This document shows, one piece after another, positions 1 to 7,321 of a stretch of DNA of 32,000 bases. The notes below the pieces were generated by a model, which saw only the letters and a list, made by a program, of their open reading frames with translations, did not search any database and was not told the DNA's origin. Source of the DNA: Propionibacterium ruminifibrarum (lineage in GTDB: Bacteria; Actinomycetota; Actinomycetes; Propionibacteriales; Propionibacteriaceae); NCBI RefSeq assembly GCF_900289195.1, contig NZ_OMOH01000005.1, positions 210,001-242,000 on the forward strand, written 5' to 3'. Both the position numbers and the translations under genes were made by a program. Position 1 is the stretch's first letter. Each line of letters begins with the position of its first letter.

Positions 1-159
1 GCAGCCCAGCGCGGCGACGGCCGCCACGACGAGCAGGGTCATGGTGCCACCTGACCCGTTCTCCGGAGCGCGGCCGGTCACCGTGAAGGACAGCGCGCCG
101 AAGGCGACTGCCCCCAGGGTGAGGGCCCAGCGGTGCCAGGACCGTTCCCGCTTCTCCAT
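1..159 (-). CDS. Small hydrophobic (membrane) protein, N-terminal part only; the gene runs off the window
   Basis: ATG at 157-159 on the minus strand and open to position 1 (53 codons: MEKRERSWHRWALTLGAVAFGALSFTVTGR...LLVVAAVAALGC). Third-position GC is very high, as in neighbouring real genes. An AGGA sits about 8 nt upstream. Not in the ORF track because it is short and truncated. Confidence 0.35.
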   Translation of the reverse strand, partial: MEKRERSWHRWALTLGAVAFGALSFTVTGRAPENGSGGTMTLLVVAAVAALGC

Positions 160-187
160 GCGGCAATCCTAGGGGCCTGCCCGGGGC

Positions 188-229
188 CGCGCATCGGCCC
201 TGGGGCCGAGCCCGGCGGGCCGATGCGCG
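188..229. repeat. GC-rich inverted repeat (13-bp arms, 16-nt spacer) in the divergent intergenic region upstream of the ABC operon
   Basis: CGCGCATCGGCCC (188-200) is the exact reverse complement of GGGCCGATGCGCG (217-229). It lies between the divergent starts at 159 (-) and 258 (+). Confidence 0.5.
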
Positions 230-257
230 CTCAGCCGGAACACCCGACCATGGGGCC

Positions 258-962
258 ATGATCACCTTCGACCACGTGGTGAAGCGCCGTGGCGCGGCCA
301 CGATCCTCGACGACGTCGGTTTCGAGGCCAGGGCTGGCAGGGTCACCGGTTTCGTCGGGCGCAACGGCGCCGGCAAGTCCTCGGCACTGCGCATCCTCCT
401 GGGACTCGACCGCGCCACCGCAGGCGCCGCGACGATCGGTGGCGCGCCCTACGCGTCACTGAGACGCCCCCTCACGAGGGTCGGGGTGAGCCTGGGCGGC
501 GCCGGCGCCCATCCCGGGCGCACCGCTGCCGGCCACCTGGGTTGGCTCGCGTCGAGCAACGGCATATCCCGCTCGCGGGTGGGGCGGGTGCTCGACGAGC
601 TCGGGCTCGCCGCCGCGGGGCGGCGCAGGGTCGGCACGTTCAGCCTCGGCATGGCCCAGCGTCTTGGTCTCGCTGCCGCCCTGCTCGGCGAGCCGGAGGT
701 CCTCGTCCTCGACGAGCCGGTCAACGGGCTCGACCCGGACGGCATCCGCTGGCTGCGAGGACTCGTCCGTCGCCACGCGGCAGACGGCGGCACCGTCCTC
801 ATGTCCAGCCACCTCATCACCGAGCTGGCCGAGGTCGCCGACGACGTCGTCATCATCGACGGCGGACGAATCCGTGCCTCCGCCCCGGTGGAGCACCTCG
901 TCGCGGCCCACGGGGGCCTCGAGACCGCCTTCTTCGCCGTGGCGGGGGAGGGCTCGGCATGA
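258..962 (+). CDS. ABC transporter ATP-binding protein (234 aa)
   Basis: Walker A GRNGAGKSS, ABC signature FSLGMAQR, Walker B VLVLDEP, H-loop SSH. The stop overlaps the next start (ATGA at 959-962). Confidence 0.9.
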   Translation: MITFDHVVKRRGAATILDDVGFEARAGRVTGFVGRNGAGKSSALRILLGLDRATAGAATIGGAPYASLRRPLTRVGVSLGGAGAHPGRTAAGHLGWLASSNGISRSRVGRVLDELGLAAAGRRRVGTFSLGMAQRLGLAAALLGEPEVLVLDEPVNGLDPDGIRWLRGLVRRHAADGGTVLMSSHLITELAEVADDVVIIDGGRIRASAPVEHLVAAHGGLETAFFAVAGEGSA

Positions 963-1726
963 GGGTTTTCGTGACGGAGACCCGCAAACTCCTCGGGCTG
1001 CGTCCCGCCGTCGGTGCGGTCGTCGCCGCGCTGGTGCTCACCCCGCTCCTGACATGGGTGAACGCGCGCAGCGTCCGCGCCGCGATCGAAGGAGTCCGGG
1101 CCGACGTGGACGCCGACCCGGCCGGGCTCGGGGTGAGCGAGGCGCTGCTGTCGGTCGCCGCGTCCGCCGCGCTCGGGGTCTTGGTGGTCTGGCAGGAGTA
1201 CCGGCCGATGCCCGAGGAACTCGGCGGCGGACACCAGGCCGCCATGAGCGAGCTGGCGGTGCCCGCACGCATCAGAAGATGCCTCGCCAAGTACGTGCTG
1301 GCGGCCCTGGCCGGCGGGCTCGTGACGAGCCTGGCCCTGGCCGAGGGCACCATCACCGCCCGCCGCGTCCTCGGTCCGCACGCCCCGGCCATGACCACCG
1401 CCCAGTGGCAGCAGGACGGCCGGGTGGTGCTCTACGCGGTCTTCCTCTCGCTGTTCGCAGCCGGGGCGACGCTGGTCCTGCGCAACGGGCTGGTGCCCAT
1501 GGTCTACCTCGTCGCGAGCTCGACGGTCGTCTCGGTGGGCTTCCTCCTCGCCATGCGCTGGTCGTGGGCCTGGTACCTGCTGCCGGACGCCCTCGGCCCG
1601 GCGCTGATCCGCGCCGGCGAGGAGCCCGGGATGCCGTCGATCCCGGCCGCGGCGGCCGCAATGGCCGGCTGGGTGCTCCTCGGATGTGGCGCGGGAGCCG
1701 TGTTCGACCGGTACCGGGACGTCTGA
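959..1726 (+). CDS. ABC-2 type permease subunit 1 (255 aa)
   Basis: In-frame ATG at 959 inside ORF 542..1726 (MRVFVTETRKLLGLRP...). Multiple hydrophobic segments. The N-terminal E-x-x-K-x-x-GLR and the WQEY motif are shared with the next gene. Translationally coupled on both sides. Confidence 0.7.
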   Translation: MRVFVTETRKLLGLRPAVGAVVAALVLTPLLTWVNARSVRAAIEGVRADVDADPAGLGVSEALLSVAASAALGVLVVWQEYRPMPEELGGGHQAAMSELAVPARIRRCLAKYVLAALAGGLVTSLALAEGTITARRVLGPHAPAMTTAQWQQDGRVVLYAVFLSLFAAGATLVLRNGLVPMVYLVASSTVVSVGFLLAMRWSWAWYLLPDALGPALIRAGEEPGMPSIPAAAAAMAGWVLLGCGAGAVFDRYRDV

Positions 1727-2373
1727 TGGGCGTCATGGTCGCCGAGTTCGGCAAGATCGGCGGGCTGCGCAGGAGCTGGGTGTTGCTCGCCGTGTCCGTC
1801 GGCTGGGCCGTGGTCCTGGGGCTCGCGGTCCGCAGCGCGAACGGGGCCGGCGGCGCATCCCTGGCCACGGTCATGCCCCTTGTCCTGGCCGGCAGCGTCG
1901 TGTGCGGGGCGGGTCTCGCCGGCCAGGAGTACGTCCGTCAGCACCGCAGCACCCTGCTCGCAATGCCCGCTCGCCTGCGGTGGGCAGGTGCCCGCGTGGT
2001 CGTCCTCGAGGCCGCGGTGCTGGTCGTCTCGGTACTCACGGGAACGGCCCTGGTGGCTGCCCTGGGCCGCGCCGATCCGCGGCACTGCCTCGGCGCGATC
2101 GCCCATCTGCTCCTCGTCTCGACACTGGCCTGGCTCGCCGCCGAGACGACCAGGTCGACGGCCCGGGGCACCGTCCTCACCCTGGTGATCGTCTGGGCCG
2201 CTCCGGCCCTCGTCCGGACCGCCGCGCCGCGCCTGGCCGGTTGGCTGCCCACCGGGGCGGCGGCCGGGCTCCTCGACGGGAACCTGGTCTCGGCGCGGGA
2301 CCTGCTCGTCCTGGCCAGCTGGCTCACCTGCCTGGCAGCCGGGGCCCTCGTCTCGTGGCGGCGGGACGCCTGA
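1726..2373 (+). CDS. ABC-2 type permease subunit 2 (215 aa)
   Basis: ATG at 1726 overlaps the TGA of the previous gene (TGATG). Sequence MGVMVAEFGKIGGLRRSW..., with a GQEY motif paralogous to WQEY of subunit 1, and hydrophobic throughout. Confidence 0.7.
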   Translation: MGVMVAEFGKIGGLRRSWVLLAVSVGWAVVLGLAVRSANGAGGASLATVMPLVLAGSVVCGAGLAGQEYVRQHRSTLLAMPARLRWAGARVVVLEAAVLVVSVLTGTALVAALGRADPRHCLGAIAHLLLVSTLAWLAAETTRSTARGTVLTLVIVWAAPALVRTAAPRLAGWLPTGAAAGLLDGNLVSARDLLVLASWLTCLAAGALVSWRRDA

Positions 2374-2380
2374 GCCGTAG

Positions 2381-2722
2381 GCGGGCGGCACCAACTGCGT
2401 GCTGGCAGCGGCCCTGACCTGGCGCAGCGGCGGCATCGAGCTCGCCGTCGCCCTGCACGCGGCCAACAACCTCACGCTGACCCTCATCGCGCCGCTCGCC
2501 CCGCAAACCCTGGAGCAGGGCGAGGTCTCGCCGGTCACCTTCGTGTTCTCCGCCGTGCCAGATCTCATCTGTGTCCCGCTGCTCTGGTGGTGGATCGGAC
2601 GACGCGAGGGGCTGCGTCCTCTCGAACCCCTGCGCGGCACGGGGCAGGTGCAGCGGCCGGTGCTCGTCCATGGCGCCGGACTGGACGCGATGGCGCGAGC
2701 CCGCTCTCTGCCGACCCGATGA
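2381..2722 (+). pseudogene. 3' remnant of a CPBP (CAAX protease / Abi, bacteriocin-processing) intramembrane protease gene
   Basis: The frame opens right after TAG at 2378-2380. ORF 2399..2722 encodes ...LTWRSGGIELAVALHAANNL... followed by one more TM segment (VTFVFSAVPDLICVPLLWWWI). This matches the last conserved His/Asn motif of CPBP proteins. The upstream EExxxR and FxxxH motifs are absent in all frames. GC3 is still high, suggesting recent truncation or residual expression. Confidence 0.5.
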
Positions 2723-2780
2723 GCTTCTCACCCGCGCTGAATGCCTTGGATGCCTATGAAGGGTTGCCTAAACTCGCCGC

Positions 2781-3413
2781 ATGCCTCACAACCGTGCTCT
2801 GCCCTCGGGTCCCTCGGACGTCGCCGCCGCTGCGGAATGGGATGAGCGCTACAGCAGGTCCGAGCACATCTGGAGCGGCGAGCCCAATGCCGCGCTCGTC
2901 GACGAGGCCGCGGAGTTGACGCCCGGCCGTGCCCTCGATGTCGGGTGCGGGGAGGGCGCCGACGCCATCTGGCTGGCCGGGCGGGGCTGGCAGGTGACGG
3001 CTCTGGACGTCTCGATCGTCGCTCTCGACCGTGCTCTGGAAGCAGCTACTCGGGCAGGGGTCGAGATCGAGTGGCTTCATGCCGGATTGCTCGACGCCGA
3101 CCTGGAGCCGGCGACCTTCGACCTCGTCTCCGCCCAGTACCCGGCGCTGCGGCGCACCCCGGAGCATGACGCCGAACGTGTGCTCATGAGCCTCGTCGCG
3201 CCGGGCGGGACGCTGCTGTTCGTCCACCACGACCTCGCCGAGGTTCCCGACCCGGGGCACTTCGCCGACCATGTCATGCCCGAGCAGGTGCTCGCGGCGA
3301 TCGGTCCGGGCTGGGTGCTCGAACGGCACAGGGGACGCGAGCGCCGTGTCAGCGGGGGAGCCGGCAGTCACCACGATCGCGACATCGTCGTGCGCGCCCG
3401 CAGGATGCGCTGA
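2781..3413 (+). CDS. Class I SAM-dependent methyltransferase (210 aa)
   Basis: Motif I ALDVGCGEGADAIWLAGRG, followed by the acidic loop VTALDVS. Overall layout resembles small-molecule (TehB / thiopurine-type) methyltransferases. Confidence 0.85.
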   Translation: MPHNRALPSGPSDVAAAAEWDERYSRSEHIWSGEPNAALVDEAAELTPGRALDVGCGEGADAIWLAGRGWQVTALDVSIVALDRALEAATRAGVEIEWLHAGLLDADLEPATFDLVSAQYPALRRTPEHDAERVLMSLVAPGGTLLFVHHDLAEVPDPGHFADHVMPEQVLAAIGPGWVLERHRGRERRVSGGAGSHHDRDIVVRARRMR

Positions 3414-3420
3414 TCAACTC

Positions 3421-3470
3421 GGTCACCCTGCGTTCCTCGTGCAATGACACACGCAGAACGCAGGGCGACC
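3421..3470. terminator. Hairpin between the convergent methyltransferase and yceI-like genes (putative bidirectional terminator)
   Basis: GGTCACCCTGCGTT (3421-3434) pairs with AACGCAGGGCGACC (3457-3470) at 13 of 14 positions. The mismatch becomes a G-U pair on the minus-strand RNA. The 22-nt loop has an inner CGTG/CACG stem. No U-tract. Confidence 0.5.
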
Positions 3471-3495
3471 GATTGCGTGGGGTGGGGCAGACGGC

Positions 3496-4023
3496 TCAGG
3501 ACTGCTTGACGGCCTCGATCTCGAGGGTGATCTGGACCTTGTCGCCCACGAGGACGCCGCCGGCCTCGAGGGCCGAGTTCCAGGTGAGGCCGAAGTCCTT
3601 GCGCGAGATCGAGGTGCTGGCCTCGAAGCCCAGGCGCTCGGCGCCGAAGGGGTCGGTCGCGGCGCCGAGGAACTCGACGTCCAGGTCGACCGGGCGGGTG
3701 ACGCCATGGATCGTCAGGTCGCCGGACAGGACGAATGCGTCGTTGTTGCCGCTCACCCCGGTGGAGACGAAGGTCCACGCCGGGTGATTCCTGGTGTCGA
3801 AGAAGTCTGCGGAGCGCAGGTGCTCGTCCCGCTGCTGGTTGGAGGTGTCGATGGAGTCGGCCTTGATCATGGCCGAGACGGTCGACCCGGCCGGGGTGGC
3901 CAGGTCGGCGACCTCGATCGTGCCGGCGAAATCGTTGAAGCGGCCGTGGGTCTTGCCGATACCGGCGTGCCGGACGGTGAAGGCGAGCGTCGAATGGCTC
4001 ACATCGATCGTGTAGGTGCTCAT
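3496..4023 (-). CDS. YceI family (polyisoprenoid-binding) protein (175 aa)
   Basis: Internal ATG at 4021-4023 of ORF 3496..4200, with AGGAG upstream. Starts MSTYTIDVSHSTLAFTVRH...GRF..F.G; contains DSIDT....RD.HL.S.DFFD and SRKDFGL, all typical YceI blocks. Confidence 0.9.
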   Translation of the reverse strand: MSTYTIDVSHSTLAFTVRHAGIGKTHGRFNDFAGTIEVADLATPAGSTVSAMIKADSIDTSNQQRDEHLRSADFFDTRNHPAWTFVSTGVSGNNDAFVLSGDLTIHGVTRPVDLDVEFLGAATDPFGAERLGFEASTSISRKDFGLTWNSALEAGGVLVGDKVQITLEIEAVKQS

Positions 4024-4087
4024 GGGTTGCTCCTGTGGTGGTCGTGGCCTGTGTCGTCGGCGAGGGTGGTGCCGGCGTGCGGGTCCC

Positions 4088-4120
4088 ACCCTAGACGGCT
4101 TTATTGAATAATCAATTATT
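4088..4120. promoter_or_regulatory. AT-rich island with an imperfect palindrome and a candidate minus-strand promoter, between divergent yceI-like and DUF1304 genes
   Basis: AATAAT-CA-ATTATT at 4107-4120 (6-bp perfect arms). On the minus strand, TTGATT (complement of 4110-4115), a 16-nt spacer and TAGGGT (complement of 4088-4093) resemble a -35/-10 pair. This is the only AT-rich stretch in this intergenic region. Confidence 0.3.
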
Positions 4121-4217
4121 TGGTGGTGCTGGTTTCCACGGCGGAATGATCCGGCCCGGTGGGGTGTTGGAGCGGGGGACACCGCCTGCTCGCGGTGCAC
4201 ACGAGAGGACCTGTTTC

Positions 4218-4601
4218 ATGCTCATTGCCGGATCGATCATCGCCGCGCTTGCGGCGCTGCTGCACGTCGTCATCTTCGTGATGGAGTCGCTGGCGTGGAC
4301 GAGCGAACGTTCCCGTGCAACCTTTGGCATGAGCCTTGAGGAGGCGGAGCGCACCCGCGAGATGGCCTTCAACCAGGGCTTCTACAACCTGTTCCTGGCC
4401 GGCATCGCCGCGGCCGGCGTAGTGCTGACCGGGTGTGGGATCAGTGGCGCCGGAATCGCCCTCATGCTCGCCGGGGCCGGCTCCATGCTCGCAGCGGCCG
4501 TCGTGCTGTTCACCGGTTCACCCGACAAACGTGCCGCGGCACTCAAGCAGGGCTCGTTGCCGTTGCTCGCCATCGCGTTCATCGTTCTAGCGGTCGTCTG
4601 A
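4218..4601 (+). CDS. DUF1304 family membrane protein (127 aa)
   Basis: ATG at 4218 inside ORF 4104..4601, with GAGAGGA upstream. LHVVIFVMESLAWTS...FG.S.E......MAFNQGFYNLFLA matches the DUF1304 pattern. Four hydrophobic segments. Confidence 0.75.
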   Translation: MLIAGSIIAALAALLHVVIFVMESLAWTSERSRATFGMSLEEAERTREMAFNQGFYNLFLAGIAAAGVVLTGCGISGAGIALMLAGAGSMLAAAVVLFTGSPDKRAAALKQGSLPLLAIAFIVLAVV

Positions 4602-4725
4602 GGGGCCGGGCGCTGGCTGCCGGGCCGGCAGGGGGTGCCGCTCATGGTGTGGTATCCGGGCGGTCCCGGCCGTTGCCGCCGCAGCGGCCCCTCGTCATGG
4701 CCGGCGCCGACCTGATTCCGATGCC

Positions 4726-6228
4726 CTAGCGGGAGCCGGTGTCCCGTGCCACCTCGATCAGCGTCTCGGAGACCGGCCCGCCCGGCGTGCCGGGTTCCTC
4801 GTCCTCGAGGTAGTACCACCAGAAGGGCGCGCCCCAGCATCCCGGACGGCCCAACGCTGCGCTGGTGAGGTGCCGCGCGGTGGCGTTGCGGGCTGCGGCC
4901 GCGTCGTGCTCATCGCCGAACCACCAGGGGCCCGGGTCGAGGTCGTCGCCGCCGTATCCCAGCTCGGTCAGGGCCACGCGCTGGTCGGGGAAGGCGGTGG
5001 CGAGTGCCGTGAGTACCCGGTCGGCCCCCGCGCCGAGCGGGTGCCACTGGGGGTAGACGGACAGTCCCAGCACATCGGTCAGGTCGAGCAGTTCGGGTGT
5101 CAGATTGTCCCGGGCCCAGCTCAACGTGGAGTTCTCCGCCGAGTCTTGGCCGAGTTGGTAGTAGAGGGTCAGGACGGTGGTGGCGTCGGCGGTGGCCTGG
5201 TTGGCGCGCACGGCGTGCGCCGCCTGCAGGGTCCGTTCGACGGCGTCGGCGCCGAGCCAGGAACCGCCCAGTTCGTTGCCGATCTCCCACGCGTCGGCCT
5301 CGGACAGGCCCCGTACGAGCGCCGAGACGCGCCGGTCCCATTCCCCCTGGTCGAGCTCGGCCATCAACTGCGAGTCGCAGACCTGCACCATGGCGAGGGA
5401 ACCGGCGGCGTGCAGGGCGGTGATGGTCTGCCGCCAGGAGTCCAGCTCTGCCGGGTCGGTGTCGTCCTCGACGACGATCCTGGCGGCCACCGGTCGGTGT
5501 CCTGCGCCGATGCCGGCCGCCCGGCTGAGTCGACCGGGATCGGGCGGCCGGGTGAAGGTGACGCCGATGAACGCGTCTCCGGGGGCCAGCGCCAGGCAGG
5601 CCTCGTCGAGCATCAACTGGGCGGCGGTGGCCGCTTCGAGGGCCTCGGCCCCGTGGGCCGCGCGCTCGGCCGGCCCGGCGGCCCCCGTACACGCGTCGAG
5701 TGCCGCCGAGGCCTCCTGCCTGAGGTTCTCCACGGCGGTTCGCGCCTGCGAGGCTGGCAGGGTGTCGAGGCGGGGCTGCTGGCGCTCGTGCAGGCCGCGG
5801 GCGGCGAGCTCGGCAAGGCTGTGGCGGCCGGGGCCGGGGATGTCCGCGAACAGCGCCGAGTAGCCGTGACTCGTGGGCCACGACAGGGACAGGGTTGCCC
5901 CGCCCTCGGGCAGGTCGACGGCGGCGCTGGACTCGGTGTCCTCGTAGAGGGGCGCGTGGGTGATGACCTCGAGGCTCTCGGGATGCAGCAGCTGGTCGTC
6001 CCAGGCGTCCTCGCCGACGCCGTTGGACTGGATGCGGCGCAGACCCGCGAAGTCGAGCAGGCGCCCGTCGGGGTCGGTGACGTCGAGCCGGGCGATGCCC
6101 GCCTCTGCTGGCGTGGCGGAGGACGGGTCGCTGGGGGAGCAGGTGGCCGCCGTGAGCGCGAGCGCCGCGCTCCCGGTGCCGGCCAGGAGAGTTCGCCGGC
6201 TCAGCCGGACCGGGGCATGGGCGTTCAT
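4726..6228 (-). CDS. Tat-exported (possibly lipid-anchored) clan GH-A type glycoside hydrolase (500 aa)
   Basis: N-terminus MNAHAPVRLSRRTLLAGTGSAALALTAATCS has a twin-arginine motif and a Cys after the h-region. WEIGNELGG (acid/base NE motif) and ALTELGY (nucleophile TE.G motif) are spaced as in (beta/alpha)8 clan GH-A enzymes. The first ~230 aa are not recognisable. Confidence 0.6.
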   Translation of the reverse strand: MNAHAPVRLSRRTLLAGTGSAALALTAATCSPSDPSSATPAEAGIARLDVTDPDGRLLDFAGLRRIQSNGVGEDAWDDQLLHPESLEVITHAPLYEDTESSAAVDLPEGGATLSLSWPTSHGYSALFADIPGPGRHSLAELAARGLHERQQPRLDTLPASQARTAVENLRQEASAALDACTGAAGPAERAAHGAEALEAATAAQLMLDEACLALAPGDAFIGVTFTRPPDPGRLSRAAGIGAGHRPVAARIVVEDDTDPAELDSWRQTITALHAAGSLAMVQVCDSQLMAELDQGEWDRRVSALVRGLSEADAWEIGNELGGSWLGADAVERTLQAAHAVRANQATADATTVLTLYYQLGQDSAENSTLSWARDNLTPELLDLTDVLGLSVYPQWHPLGAGADRVLTALATAFPDQRVALTELGYGGDDLDPGPWWFGDEHDAAAARNATARHLTSAALGRPGCWGAPFWWYYLEDEEPGTPGGPVSETLIEVARDTGSR

Positions 6229-6309
6229 GAGGGCATCCTCACCAGTTCGGGGCGGGTGGGGTGGCCGGCGCCGGATTCGTGATCTGCGGCACGTGGGACA
6301 TGTCCATCA

Positions 6310-7242
6310 TCATGGTTGCTCCTGTTCGGGTCCGTCGTTCGCGGCCTTTCCGGGTTCGGCTCCCCTCGGCTCGAACCTGACGTCCCCGCCCAGTCTGCCG
6401 CGCATCACGGCGATGGCCTCGGGGTTCTCGTCGATGAGCAGGAAGCGCCTGCCCAGGGCAGCGGCGGCGGCACCCGTCGTGCCCGAGCCGGCGAAGAAGT
6501 CCAGCACCCAGTCACCGGGCCTGGAGCTCGCGGCGATGATGCGCCGCAGCACGCCCTCCGGCTTCTGGGTGGGGTAGCCGGTCTTCTCCCTGCCGGTCGG
6601 CGAGACGATCGTGTGCCACCACACGTCGGTGGGCAGTTTGCCGCGCTCAGCCTTCTCCGGTGTGACGAGCGAGGGCGCCATGTAGGGCTCGCGGTCGACC
6701 TCGGCCGAGTCGAACCAGTAGGCCTTGGGGTCCTTCACGTAGACGAGGATCGTGTCGTGCTTCGACGGCCAGCGCCGCCTGGTACGGGCCCCGTAGTCGT
6801 AGGCCCAGATGATCTCGTTGAGGAAGCAGTCACGGCCGAACAGGGCGTCGAGCAGCACCTTCGCGTAGTGCGCCTCGCGGTAGTCCAGGTGCAGGTACAG
6901 GGTGCCGGTGCGCGTCAGCAGCCGCCAGGCCTCCTCGAGACGGGGCTCCAGGAAGTCCCAGTAGTCCTCGAAGGCGTCGTCGTAGCCGAGCACCGTGCCG
7001 CGGACCGTCTCGTAACTGCGCCCTCGGAAGCCCAGCCGCGACCCGTTCTCACTCGCCACCGCAGACACGGTGCGACGCCGTTGCGTCACGCCGGTGTTGA
7101 AGGGCGGATCGATGTAGATCACCTGGAACGACTCGCCCGGCAGCCCGCGCAGAACCGGCAGGTTGTCGCCCTCGATGACCATGTCGGGGCCGTCAGCGCT
7201 CCACTGCGCCCTGGTGCTCACGGTCCCAACGGTAAACGACAC
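6310..7242 (-). CDS. Beta-class DNA methyltransferase, probably N6-adenine (310 aa), orphan
   Basis: Motif IV IYIDPPFNTG precedes motif I VLDFFAGSGTTGAAA (beta-class order). DPPF favours N6-adenine over N4-cytosine (SPPY/F). GTG start at 7242; alternative ATG at 7182 (MVIEGDNLPVL...). Confidence 0.85.
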   Translation of the reverse strand: MSFTVGTVSTRAQWSADGPDMVIEGDNLPVLRGLPGESFQVIYIDPPFNTGVTQRRRTVSAVASENGSRLGFRGRSYETVRGTVLGYDDAFEDYWDFLEPRLEEAWRLLTRTGTLYLHLDYREAHYAKVLLDALFGRDCFLNEIIWAYDYGARTRRRWPSKHDTILVYVKDPKAYWFDSAEVDREPYMAPSLVTPEKAERGKLPTDVWWHTIVSPTGREKTGYPTQKPEGVLRRIIAASSRPGDWVLDFFAGSGTTGAAAAALGRRFLLIDENPEAIAVMRGRLGGDVRFEPRGAEPGKAANDGPEQEQP

Positions 7243-7321
7243 CGGCCGTGACTTCCGCCCGGCCCCGGGAAACGACGGGTCGGGCGGCCAGGCCGTTGAC
7301 CCCGCGGGGCGTGATGCCCCC

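Noticed and set aside
449-2640. Long ORFs antisense to or out of frame with the ABC genes (e.g. 449..1381 -, 853..1398 -, 1504..2640 -, the 664..2373 + N-terminal part, 1686..2417 +)
   Set aside because: Their translations are Arg/Pro/Gly/Ala-rich and low-complexity, typical of non-coding frames in ~70% GC DNA. They overlap genes with clear Walker/ABC-2 features, and none shows a recognisable motif.
4870-6282. 470-aa plus-strand ORF (and 4910..5881 -, 5177..5863 +) over the glycosidase gene
   Set aside because: These are high-GC shadow ORFs. The minus-strand 500-aa frame has a Tat signal and GH-A catalytic motifs, while the others are Gly/Arg/Pro-rich with no motifs.
7300-7309. Short perfect palindromes such as CCCCGCGGGG (7300-7309) and TCGTCGACGA (16131-16140)
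   Set aside because: Ten-nt GC-rich palindromes are expected by chance at this base composition. There is no supporting context, apart from the second being mentioned within the tkt upstream repeats.
6229-7321. Restriction endonuclease or controller gene partnering the DNA methyltransferase
   Set aside because: The flanking gaps are only 81 and 79 nt with no ORF. The neighbouring genes are clearly a glycosidase and a TSUP transporter.
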